The notes beneath the pieces are model-generated. The model had not been told where the DNA came from. It saw only the letters and a list, made by a program, of their open reading frames with translations, and did no database searches. A stretch of 64,000 nt of DNA from Clostridia bacterium (GTDB lineage Bacteria > Bacillota > Clostridia > TANB77 > CAG-508). Made by a program: the position numbers and the translations under genes. This document shows, in pieces, positions 22,482 through 32,437 of this stretch. Numbering within the stretch: the stretch's first letter is position 1; each line of letters begins with the position of its first letter. The DNA lies in NCBI GenBank assembly GCA_022790575.1, contig JAAVXM010000025.1, forward strand, positions 67,761 to 131,760. Direction: 5' to 3'.

Positions 22482-24338
22482 TTATGGATAAAAAATCGCT
22501 TCATGTAACTCTCTTGACTTTTTTATCCGTTCTTCAGTATCAAATTGACTATTATATAATTTTTCATAGAAACCACCTTTTGCAAGTAATTCTTCATGTG
22601 TTCCTTGTTCGACAATATCCCCATGGTCCATAACAAGAATTAAATCTGCATTTTTAATTGTTGATAATCTATGGGCAATAATAAAAGATGTTCTACCTTT
22701 CATTAAATTATCCATAGCTTTTTGAATTTCAATTTCAGTTCTTGTATCGATAGAGCTGGTTGCTTCATCTAATATCAATATTTTAGGATCTGCTAAAATA
22801 ACTCTAGCAATAGTAAGAAGTTGTTTTTGTCCAGCAGATACTCCACTTGTTTCTTCACTTAATATTGAATTATATCCATTTGGCAATGTTTTAATAAAAT
22901 GGTGTACACGTGCAGCTTTAGCAGCTTGAATAACATCATCTTCAGTTGCATCATCTTTACCATATTTAATATTGTCCCTAACAGTCCCTTCAAATAACCA
23001 TGTATCTTGAAGAACCATTCCAAACATTTGACGAAGTTCCCCTCTTTTGAAGTCTTTTATATTATGTCCATCTACTAAAATAGCGCCATCTGTTACATCA
23101 TAGAATCTCATGAGTAATTTGACCATTGTAGACTTTCCTGCTCCTGTAGGACCAACTATTGCAATTTTTTGTCCTTCATGAACTTTTGTAGTAAAGTCTT
23201 TTATTATTATATCATTTGGATTATAACCGAATTTTACATTTTGAAATTCAATATTTCCTTTTAGCCCTTCTATTGTAGTTCCTTGCTTATCTGTTTCAAC
23301 TTCTTCATCTTCTTCTAGAAATTCAAATATTCTTTCAGTTGCTGCTACCATTGCTTGTAACATGCTTGAAACTTGTGCAATTTGGTTTATTGGTTGAGTA
23401 AATTGTTTATTATATTGTATAAAACTTTGTATATTACCTACTGTAATTCTTCCATTTATTGCTAGATATCCTCCTGCAATTGCAACTCCAACATATCCTA
23501 TATTTGAAATAAAATTCATTATTGGGTGCATAAGTCCTGATAGAAATTGTGCTCTCCATGCTGACCTATACAACTCCTTGTTTGCCTTAGAGAATTCTTG
23601 TTTTGCTTTTTCTTCTCCATTAAATGCTTTTACAACAATCAATCCTGAGAAAATTTCTTCAACTTGCCCATTTACATGTCCTAAATAATCTTGTTGCCTT
23701 TTAAAGTATTTTTGTGATTTTCCTACTATTATCTTTACTAGTATTGCTCCTATTGGCATTACAAATAGTGAAATTAATGTCATTTGCCAACTTATTGTTA
23801 ACATCATTATTAAAATACCTACTATTGTACATATTGATGTTATTATTTCTGTTACACTTTCATTTAGGTTCATCCCTAGTGTATCAATATCATTTGTTAT
23901 AACTGACAAAACCTCTCCATTTGTCTTTTTGTCAAAGTAATTCATAGGTAGCTTATTTATTTTTGCTACTAGGTCTTTTCTCATTTTGTATGTAAGATTT
24001 TGTGCAATATGAGTCATTGTAAAGTTTTGAATGAAAGAGAATAATGCACTTATTATATATAATCCTAATAATGTTATTAATATAGTACCAACTTTTCCAA
24101 AGTCAATTCCACCTGTTCCAGAAATCTTATTTACTAGTCCATTAAATATTTCTGTTGTAGCATTCCCCAAGATTTTAGGTCCCACGATTGCAAATATTGT
24201 ACTACCAATTGCAAATATTAATACAATTACTAATGCAATTTTATATTTGCTTAGATAATTTTTTACTAACTTCATTGCTGTCCCTTTAAAGTCTTTAGCT
24301 TTTTCAGTTGTTCTAACATGTCCCATTGGTCCTGGCAT
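22482..24338 (-). CDS. ABC transporter ATP-binding/permease protein (exporter half, MsbA-like)
   Basis: 618 aa; 6 TM + NBD with Walker A GPTGAGKST, LSGGQKQ signature. Confidence 0.85.
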   Translation of the reverse strand: MPGPMGHVRTTEKAKDFKGTAMKLVKNYLSKYKIALVIVLIFAIGSTIFAIVGPKILGNATTEIFNGLVNKISGTGGIDFGKVGTILITLLGLYIISALFSFIQNFTMTHIAQNLTYKMRKDLVAKINKLPMNYFDKKTNGEVLSVITNDIDTLGMNLNESVTEIITSICTIVGILIMMLTISWQMTLISLFVMPIGAILVKIIVGKSQKYFKRQQDYLGHVNGQVEEIFSGLIVVKAFNGEEKAKQEFSKANKELYRSAWRAQFLSGLMHPIMNFISNIGYVGVAIAGGYLAINGRITVGNIQSFIQYNKQFTQPINQIAQVSSMLQAMVAATERIFEFLEEDEEVETDKQGTTIEGLKGNIEFQNVKFGYNPNDIIIKDFTTKVHEGQKIAIVGPTGAGKSTMVKLLMRFYDVTDGAILVDGHNIKDFKRGELRQMFGMVLQDTWLFEGTVRDNIKYGKDDATEDDVIQAAKAARVHHFIKTLPNGYNSILSEETSGVSAGQKQLLTIARVILADPKILILDEATSSIDTRTEIEIQKAMDNLMKGRTSFIIAHRLSTIKNADLILVMDHGDIVEQGTHEELLAKGGFYEKLYNSQFDTEERIKKSRELHEAIFYP

Positions 24339-24339
24339 A

Positions 24340-26607
24340 TTATTCTCCTCCTTCCTTTTGGTTTAACTCATTTTCTGATAGTTGTGATAAGGCAATTTCT
24401 CTATATGTTTCATTGTTTTTCATTAATTCTTCATGTGTTCCTTGTCCTACAATTTTACCATCATCTAATACTATAATTTTGTCTGCATTTAGTATTGTAC
24501 TTATTCTTTGTGCAACTATTATATTTGTTTTATTTTTTGTCTGTTTTGCTAATGCTTCACGTAATGCTGAGTCTGTTTTAAAGTCTAATGCAGAAAAGCT
24601 GTCATCAAATACAAATATTTCTGGTTCTTTTGCGATTGCTCTTGCAATAGATAATCTTTGTTTCTGTCCTCCAGATACGTTATTACCACCTTGTGCAATC
24701 TCTGAACTATATTTGTTATCTTTTTCTTCAATAAAATCTGTTGCTTGTGCAATTTCAGCTGCTTTACGCATTTGCTCATCAGATATATTTTGACTTGCAT
24801 ATTTTATATTACTTTCTATTGTTCCTGAAAATAATATTCCCTTTTGTGGTACAAATCCAATAATATCTCTTAATTCTTTTTGTGATAAGTCTTTTACATT
24901 TACTCCATCTACTAAAAGTTCTCCTCCTGTTACATCATAAAATCTAGGAATTAAATTTACTACTGTTGATTTTCCACTTCCTGTACTTCCAATTATTGCT
25001 GTTGTCTTTCCTGCTTCTGCTGTAAAGTTAATATCTTCAAGTATTTCTGTATCTGCATCAGGATATCTAAATGATACATTTTTGAATTCTACTAAACCTT
25101 TTTTATCTGGATTTAATTTTTTAGTTTCTTCTTTATCTTTTATACTTGGCTCAGTTTCAATAACTTCCATAATACGATTTGCTGATACTGATGCCCTTGG
25201 TAGCATTATTGATATCATAGAAATCATTAAGAAACTCATTATTATTTGCATTGAATATTGTATAAATGCTAACATGTCTCCAACTTGCATAACACCTTGG
25301 TCAATATTATGACCTCCAACCCATATAATTAGTATTGACATACTGTTCATTATAAGCATTAACATTGGCATCATTACTGACATTGTTCTATTTACAAATA
25401 TATTTACCTTTGTTAAATCTTTATTTGCTTCGTCAAATCTATTTTCTTCTCTTTCTTCAGTGTTAAATGCTCTAATTACTGATTTTCCTGTTAATATTTC
25501 TCTTGCTACTCCATTTAATTTGTCTATTAGTCCTTGTAACTTCTTGAATTTTGGCATTGCAATTGCAAATAATACTGCTACTACAATTAATACTGCAATA
25601 ACTACTAGTCCTATTATCCATGCCATTGAACTGTTACTTTGGTGTACAACTTTGATAACTCCACCTATTCCTATTATTGGTGCATATACTACTGTTCTAA
25701 ATAGCATTGCTAATAATTGTTGTATTTGTTGAATGTCATTCGTACTACGAGTTATTAATGAGGCTGTTGAAAATTCTCTTAATTCTTTTTGAGAGAATTT
25801 TAATACTTTACTAAATACTTTATCTCTTAAGGTTCTTGACATTCTTGCTCCAACTCTTGAAGATAACATCATTATTGTTATTCCAGATGCCATACTTATA
25901 GCTGCTAATGCAAGCATTTTTAGGCCTGCTATAAGTATATAATTCATTTGAACTCTATCTGTATTTATTCCTGCATTTGCATATATACTTTTTACATTTG
26001 CTGTTGCTGCTTGTTCTTTTATACTTTCTTGCATATTGTTTATTTGTTCTGTTGCTTGTTGTAATATTTGATTGGTTTGCTCTTGTGGCATTGTTTTTAT
26101 TATTTCAATTAATGACATATTTTCCATTGCACTAACTTGGTCTGCTGGCATATTTGCAAATATTTGCTGTTTTATTTGATTTGATATTTCTTCTTGTTTT
26201 AGTGTTTGTGAAATTATTATTGGTTCTGTCATTAATTTTGAAAGTTCCTCTGTTTGTTGTTCATCTAAGTCTTTTATAATATATATGTTGTCTTTATCAT
26301 AACTGTCTTCTATATAGTTTTTGATAAATCTCTTCTGATTTTTTTCTAAATCTGTTGAACTGGCAATAGAATAACTTTCTAGAATCACATCATCATTTTC
26401 TGTAAACATAAGTATTGTTTCCATGTCTTCTTTATTGATTACATTTGGTGCAACATTTTCTATTCCTCCTGATTGTATTCCTTCATTTACAATTTTTGAT
26501 GTATAATTTGGTAATTCTAAGTCTACTGCTGCCTGTAAACATAAAAGAGATACTATTACTAGTACTGAAATCCATGATTGTTTTAGATTTTTTAGTATTT
26601 TTAACAT
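24340..26607 (-). CDS. ABC transporter ATP-binding/permease protein with ~190-aa extracytoplasmic insertion after TM1
   Basis: 755 aa; TMD+NBD (GSTGSGKST, VSGGQKQR); forms heterodimer pair with downstream gene (adjacent, 1-nt spacing). Confidence 0.85.
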   Translation of the reverse strand: MLKILKNLKQSWISVLVIVSLLCLQAAVDLELPNYTSKIVNEGIQSGGIENVAPNVINKEDMETILMFTENDDVILESYSIASSTDLEKNQKRFIKNYIEDSYDKDNIYIIKDLDEQQTEELSKLMTEPIIISQTLKQEEISNQIKQQIFANMPADQVSAMENMSLIEIIKTMPQEQTNQILQQATEQINNMQESIKEQAATANVKSIYANAGINTDRVQMNYILIAGLKMLALAAISMASGITIMMLSSRVGARMSRTLRDKVFSKVLKFSQKELREFSTASLITRSTNDIQQIQQLLAMLFRTVVYAPIIGIGGVIKVVHQSNSSMAWIIGLVVIAVLIVVAVLFAIAMPKFKKLQGLIDKLNGVAREILTGKSVIRAFNTEEREENRFDEANKDLTKVNIFVNRTMSVMMPMLMLIMNSMSILIIWVGGHNIDQGVMQVGDMLAFIQYSMQIIMSFLMISMISIMLPRASVSANRIMEVIETEPSIKDKEETKKLNPDKKGLVEFKNVSFRYPDADTEILEDINFTAEAGKTTAIIGSTGSGKSTVVNLIPRFYDVTGGELLVDGVNVKDLSQKELRDIIGFVPQKGILFSGTIESNIKYASQNISDEQMRKAAEIAQATDFIEEKDNKYSSEIAQGGNNVSGGQKQRLSIARAIAKEPEIFVFDDSFSALDFKTDSALREALAKQTKNKTNIIVAQRISTILNADKIIVLDDGKIVGQGTHEELMKNNETYREIALSQLSENELNQKEGGE

Positions 26608-26742
26608 TTTCTCCTCCTTGTTCTTGTTTTAGATTTTTTCTTGCATTTTTCTATAACACAAAATAACACCATGTTATTTTATTTGACATAGTGTTATTTG
26701 TCAATGATATTATTGTGATTTTTATGTGTCCTTTTTGTAAAT

Positions 26743-27888
26743 TTAGTCACCAAAACTAATTCCTATACTTCTTGCTGTTTTAACTAAATCATGTTCCATT
26801 GTGACTTTTCTAATATTGCTTTTGTTTGTATTTCCTGATACTGCTCCTATTTCTGTATTCTCTCCTACAACATCTTCTAATGAAACACAATCTAATCTTC
26901 CATTTTTTATTACTGTTAGTACTCCAAAGTGTCCATCTAATGCAAGTTGCATTGCTTTTGCTCCATATTTTGTTGAAAGAACTCTGTCAAATGCTGTTGG
27001 TGTTCCTCCTCTTTGCATATATCCAAGTGTTGTATTTCTTGCTTCTAATCCTGTTAATTCTTCTAGTTGTTTTGCAATTATTTGTCCTACTCCTCCTAAT
27101 TTTGTATTATCTACTCCAGCACCATTGTCTCTTGTATTTAATATTGTTGCTGTTCCTCCTGCTGGCATTGCACCTTCTGCAACAACTACTACACTAAATG
27201 TTTTTCCTTCTTTCATTCTTTCTTTTATTTTGTCTGCTGCCTTGTTTATATCATATGGAATTTCTGGTATTAATGCTACATCTGCTCCTCCTGCTATTGC
27301 AGATTCTAAAGCTATCCACCCTGCATATCTTCCCATAACTTCTAATACCATTATTCTGTGATGTGTTTCTCCTGTTGTGTGCAATCTATCTAATGCTTCC
27401 ATTGCTACTGATACTGCTGTATTATATCCAAATGTGATTTCAGTACATGCTACATCATTGTCTATTGTTTTTGGTACTCCTATTACATTTACTCCTCTTG
27501 TTGAAAAGTCTCTTGCTGACTTTTGAGTTCCATCTCCTCCCAATGTGAATATACAATCAAATCCGTCTTTTTTTATGTTTTCTATACATACTTCTGATAA
27601 GTCTTTGTATTCTACTTCTCCTTTTTCATTTATAGTTTTATAGTTGAATACATTTGCATTTGTTGATGACCCTATTATTGAACCTCCTTTTTGCAATATC
27701 CCTGATGCCATTTCATCTTCTCCTGTACTTAATCTCTCAAATTCATTTTTTAATAGGCCTTGATATCCGTCTATAAACCCATAACATTCTATCCCATTGT
27801 TTTCTGCTGTTTTTACTATTGCTCTTATTACAGCATTAAATCCTGCTACATCTCCTCCATTTGCTAGTATCGCTACTTTTTTTATCAT
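26743..27888 (-). CDS. pfk: 6-phosphofructokinase (long, possibly PPi-dependent/group III type)
   Basis: 381 aa; PFK family GGDGT...TIDND motifs; longer than 319-aa ATP-PFKs. Confidence 0.8.
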   Translation of the reverse strand: MIKKVAILANGGDVAGFNAVIRAIVKTAENNGIECYGFIDGYQGLLKNEFERLSTGEDEMASGILQKGGSIIGSSTNANVFNYKTINEKGEVEYKDLSEVCIENIKKDGFDCIFTLGGDGTQKSARDFSTRGVNVIGVPKTIDNDVACTEITFGYNTAVSVAMEALDRLHTTGETHHRIMVLEVMGRYAGWIALESAIAGGADVALIPEIPYDINKAADKIKERMKEGKTFSVVVVAEGAMPAGGTATILNTRDNGAGVDNTKLGGVGQIIAKQLEELTGLEARNTTLGYMQRGGTPTAFDRVLSTKYGAKAMQLALDGHFGVLTVIKNGRLDCVSLEDVVGENTEIGAVSGNTNKSNIRKVTMEHDLVKTARSIGISFGD

Positions 27889-27999
27889 ATGATTTCCTCC
27901 CTAACCACTTTTCTTTTTATGTTATTATTATATCAATTTTTTATTTTTTTACAAGTTCTTTTTAGAATTTTTTATATTTATTACAAAAGGTATTATATC

Positions 28000-29034
28000 T
28001 CATATTCCAGGAGGTGAAGGAGGAGTTATAAGTGCACATGTATATGTAAATTTTATATTTTCATGTATTGGAAGTGATGGTGTTGGTTCATATGGAGACC
28101 AAGTACCACCCTGCGTCGTATACCCAGCATCAGCTGTAATATCAGGTATTTCTCTATCTGCTAAATGTCCTATTCCATTTTCTGATGGTACACCATTTGA
28201 CATTAATGTGACAACTATAGCAACAGTTTTTTCTCCACCAGTAAAACTACCATGTTCTACTGCAATTTCTACAATAACCTGATATTTGTCTGGAATTCCA
28301 TCTGGCATATTTATATTACTTCCTTTACCAATTTCATCTTTACTATAGTATAAAGTTATTGTTTGGTCTTTCCAGTCCATTAAAATTTCATCTTCAGATG
28401 CTGAAAGATATGTATAATTCTTTCCATTATATGCTAAACTAGTTTTGGCATAAGTAGAAGCAGTATATTTTTTTCCACTTTCTACTTCTATATGTTCAGT
28501 TTGTATAGTTTCATTAGTTTCCTCCTCACAATGTAGTATCGTTAATTGAGGTTGTGAAATCTGTTTATATGTAACTTCATTATCTGCTGTGTTTGTATGA
28601 TACCACACTCCATCCATTTCTATACCTCTAGCATAATAAATATGGTGACTTTGTTTGTCTATTATGTATATGTCATCATAATTTTCTTCTAAATTTTCTC
28701 CATTTAATTTTTCATAATCTTTACCATAATTTAATGTAAATCCATCTAGCGCTGCTAAATCTATAATATAATACTCCTGAATATCATTGGGTTGTGGTTC
28801 AAATTTTATATTTGTATATTTATGTGATATTGGTAATGCTCCATACTTTATATAAAATGCATCTATTTCATTTTCTAATACTTCTATATCATTTTGCATC
28901 CATTTATAACTTCTCACTTGAATTCCACTTTTAGAATTGTATATAAGCATCCCTGATATTATAATTAGTATTACTATTCCTATTACTAATGATATCATTG
29001 TCACACCTAATGATTTTTTCATTTTTAATCTCAT
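28000..29034 (-). CDS. hypothetical membrane-anchored protein (start set at ATG of MRLKMKKS; ORF track start 29052 is a TTG inside the repeat element)
   Basis: N-terminal TM helix then ~300-aa extracytoplasmic domain; leader carries repeat element A. Confidence 0.45.
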   Translation of the reverse strand: MRLKMKKSLGVTMISLVIGIVILIIISGMLIYNSKSGIQVRSYKWMQNDIEVLENEIDAFYIKYGALPISHKYTNIKFEPQPNDIQEYYIIDLAALDGFTLNYGKDYEKLNGENLEENYDDIYIIDKQSHHIYYARGIEMDGVWYHTNTADNEVTYKQISQPQLTILHCEEETNETIQTEHIEVESGKKYTASTYAKTSLAYNGKNYTYLSASEDEILMDWKDQTITLYYSKDEIGKGSNINMPDGIPDKYQVIVEIAVEHGSFTGGEKTVAIVVTLMSNGVPSENGIGHLADREIPDITADAGYTTQGGTWSPYEPTPSLPIHENIKFTYTCALITPPSPPGI

Positions 29035-29179
29035 TCCTTTCTCCAGGCACAAATTGGTTCGAAAAGAGTTAAATTTTGGCTAGGAAAACAAGTTTTAAAT
29101 TTATGAATCATACTTATTGTACATTCATTAAATTTAAAATGAAGTTTGACGACGCCAAAATTGTAATTATTTTTCAACC
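29023..29179 (-). repeat. leader repeat element, long form (copy A)
   Basis: Shares 24-nt core (29156..29179) and RBS-proximal block with copies at 41597..41693 and 61029..61090. Confidence 0.7.
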
Positions 29180-29254
29180 TTTTTCCTTCGTTTTTCTCTT
29201 GATACTGTAATTACTTTACACTATAATTGCTATTGTTAGAATCTTATTTATATT

Positions 29255-30356
29255 TTATATATATTTCAAATATGCTTCAATAAAATCGTCAATATTTCCA
29301 TCCATTACCGCTTCTACATTCCCTACTTCATAGTTAGTCCTATGGTCTTTAACAAGAGTATATGGGCAAAATACATATGAACGTATTTGATTGCCCCATG
29401 CAATATCTTTTTGCACCCCTTTTAAATCTTCAATTTTTTCCTTTTGCTCTTTTTCTTTTAGGTCTAAGAGTTTTGATTTTAGCATTTTCATTGCAGTTTC
29501 TCTATTTTGTATTTGTGAACGTTCAGATTGACATGCAACAACAATATTTGTTGGTATATGTGTTATCCTTATAGCAGAAGATGTTTTATTTATATGTTGT
29601 CCCCCTGCTCCTGATGCTCTATATGTATCTACTCTTAAGTCATCTTGGTTTATTTCTATTTGTATATCATCTGTTATTTCTGGTAAAACCTCTAATGAAG
29701 CAAATGATGTATGCCTTCTTCCCCCAGCATCAAATGGAGATATTCTAACTAATCTATGAACTCCCATTTCTCCTTTCATATACCCATATGCATTTTCTCC
29801 TATTATTTCAAATGTTACACTTTTTATCCCTGCTTCATCGCCTTCTAAATAGTCTAATTCTTTTACTTCATATCCGTTTTTTGTTGCCCATCTGTTATAC
29901 ATTCTATATAACATTTCAGCCCAATCTTGCGATTCTGTTCCTCCTGCTCCTGGATGTAGTGTTACTATACAATTACTTCTATCATATTTTCCTGATAATA
30001 GTGTTTGTATTTGCATTTTTTCTACATCATTTTCTAATTTCTTTGTGTTTCTTAATATTTCTTTCATTATTTCTTCATCATGTTCCATTGTTACAAGTTC
30101 TGTCATTTCTTTAAGATTTTGAGTTTCTTTTTTTAATTCCTCATAATTTGTAATCTTTTGCTTTAATTGTTTTATTTCCGCTAAGACTTTTCCTGTCTCT
30201 TTCATATCTCGTTGCCAGAAATTTTCGTCCATCGTTTCTTTCTCGAGTTCTTCTAATCTCTTTTTTAAATTAGAGACGTCAAAGAGACTCACCTAAATTC
30301 TTTATCTTTTCACTTAACTGCTCTAGTTTTTTTGAGTTTTCTTCAAGCTCTATCAT
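29255..30356 (-). CDS. prfB: peptide chain release factor 2, with programmed +1 ribosomal frameshift at CTT TGA C (30278..30284)
   Basis: GGQ and SPF motifs; frame-0 ORF ATG(30354..30356) runs 25 codons to CTT-TGA preceded by SD-like AGGTGAG, +1 frame continues DVSNLKKRLEEL... into main ORF. Confidence 0.85.
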
Positions 30357-30377
30357 TTTTTCACTCCTCACTTATTT

Positions 30378-31547
30378 TTAATCATAATCTCTAATACTTA
30401 ATGTTGGATATTCAAATATTTGCCCTCCTTCTGTAAATCTTCCAGAAGGTATATGACTTTTATTAAATGTAGTTAACCCTTTTAAGAAATATTGATATTT
30501 TGACTGCTGTGATTGTTTTCCTCCTCCTATTACAACTGGGTCATCCCATGTTGTGTCAACTGCATACCAGTTTTCATTTAATTTTACATAGTTCCATGCA
30601 TGGCTTTCAGTTTCATTGTTGCTATTTGTTCCTTGCCCTATTACTATAACATTATCTACTTTTAATTCATTCATAAAATATTGAAATGCTTTTGCATAAC
30701 CTTCGCATACAGCCTTTTTATATACCAATGCTCCATACATATCATATATATTGTCTTGTGATATTGTTGTTTCATAATCAATGGTTTCTACTAGATAGTC
30801 ATGTACTAACTTTACTTTTTCATAATCACTTTTTCCATTTGCTTTTGATAATATCTGATTTTTTATTGTTTCTATTTGTAATAATGCTGCATCAACATCA
30901 CTTTTTGATAAAAAACCATCTTGTAAATAATTTGGTTGGTGTCCACTATTAATATATACATTGTATTTTATTCCTGTTATTTTGGTTATCTTTTCAATGT
31001 TTATATACATTTTTGTTGCATCTATATAAAATATGTCTGGATTGTCATATATTAATGCTTCTATAGCTGATTGATATTGTCTTTGTAATTCTTCATCTCC
31101 TCCTGATTCTGATAACAATGATGAAAATGTATTTTTGAATTCTACAGTATATGTTCCTGTTTTTAAGTTTTCTCTATTTTCATATAATTTTGAATATATT
31201 ATTTTTGCTGTTTTGTCTAATTGGTTATATAAGTGCTTATAATTTCCTGCATTTTCTGTTGTCCCATTTCCTGAACTTGTTTCTTTGAATATTATTTCTT
31301 CATAATTATTACTGTCTTCCTTTTCTGTCGTTTTGTATTGTATTGTTGGAATTATTGAGTCTTCTTCAAAGCTTATCTCTATTGTTGATTCTCCCATTAT
31401 TTCACTATATAATACATATCCTGTAATTCCTATTATTCCTATTAATAATATAAGTATTATTAATAATAATATTGTACTTCCTTTATTTCCTTTTTTTATC
31501 TTCATTTTCTCACTTTCCTTTCTCAAGGTTTCTATTTTCTTTTGCAT
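30378..31547 (-). CDS. transglutaminase-like cysteine protease domain protein, membrane-anchored
   Basis: 389 aa; N-terminal TM; Cys-His-Asp triad context CEGYA...HAWNYV...DTTWD. Confidence 0.7.
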   Translation of the reverse strand: MQKKIETLRKESEKMKIKKGNKGSTILLLIILILLIGIIGITGYVLYSEIMGESTIEISFEEDSIIPTIQYKTTEKEDSNNYEEIIFKETSSGNGTTENAGNYKHLYNQLDKTAKIIYSKLYENRENLKTGTYTVEFKNTFSSLLSESGGDEELQRQYQSAIEALIYDNPDIFYIDATKMYINIEKITKITGIKYNVYINSGHQPNYLQDGFLSKSDVDAALLQIETIKNQILSKANGKSDYEKVKLVHDYLVETIDYETTISQDNIYDMYGALVYKKAVCEGYAKAFQYFMNELKVDNVIVIGQGTNSNNETESHAWNYVKLNENWYAVDTTWDDPVVIGGGKQSQQSKYQYFLKGLTTFNKSHIPSGRFTEGGQIFEYPTLSIRDYD

Positions 31548-31660
31548 ATTATAATTATATCATTTTTTTTTTATAAAGGAAATATTTTTTGAAACTTTTA
31601 TAAAAGATTTGATTATAAAAAAATAGAGGCTATTAACTAGCCTTTATTTTTTTATAATAT

Positions 31661-32350
31661 TTAAGTATTTTCTATAGAATATTCACTTGTATCTGGTATT
31701 GTAATTTTATCTAAAATATTCATTTTATAGTTATATTCATATGTTCTTGAAGCATTTGTATCAGATGAAACTATAGCTCTTAGTGTTAATCCTGTATCCT
31801 TTTCTATCCATAATTGCGTTCCACCATTAAATTCTATTAAATAACATGATGTATCATTACAATTTGTTGTAGTAATATTCTTTACATTTTTTGTATAAAA
31901 TAGTCTTTTAAAAAATGATAAATCTGAAAAATCTTCTGTATAATTGAATAATGATACCTTAACTATTTCTCTCTCATCTAAATTCTCTTTTACTGTTTTA
32001 GTATCATGTGAAATAAATTGGCATATATTGTTAGTTTCATTTTTATACATACTAGTATTTATACTACTATTTTTATCTTGTGATATTACTTCTAAATTTG
32101 TTAATGTTTCATTTCTAGTTATATATGATTCCACAATATGTAAATTATCATTTTCAACAGAAATCACTTTAGCATAGTAATTATTTACAGTTTTTAATTC
32201 ATTTATGTTATTAGATATTATTGAGAGTATTATGAATTTTCTAGCATATACACAAAACACAATTGTAAATATCAATATAACAATAAATATCAATACTTGT
32301 TTTACTAGTTTATTATTCAATACTAATCTCCCCCTCTCGTAGTGTATCAT
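31661..32350 (-). CDS. hypothetical membrane-anchored protein
   Basis: 229 aa, single N-terminal TM, N/S/T-rich ectodomain. Confidence 0.4.
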   Translation of the reverse strand: MIHYERGRLVLNNKLVKQVLIFIVILIFTIVFCVYARKFIILSIISNNINELKTVNNYYAKVISVENDNLHIVESYITRNETLTNLEVISQDKNSSINTSMYKNETNNICQFISHDTKTVKENLDEREIVKVSLFNYTEDFSDLSFFKRLFYTKNVKNITTTNCNDTSCYLIEFNGGTQLWIEKDTGLTLRAIVSSDTNASRTYEYNYKMNILDKITIPDTSEYSIENT

Positions 32351-32437
32351 ACTATACTATAAATTATATTTCAAGTTTTTATGAAAATATAATTTAGAGA
32401 TTATCATTTTTTCTTTATTAATTCTGTGCTCTCCTCA

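Noticed and set aside
29050-29052. ORF-track start for the 350-aa membrane protein
   Set aside because: This is a TTG inside the repeat element. ATG codons with an RBS follow at 29034 and 29022, and an identical ATGAGATTAAAAATG context is used by spoIIIAD.
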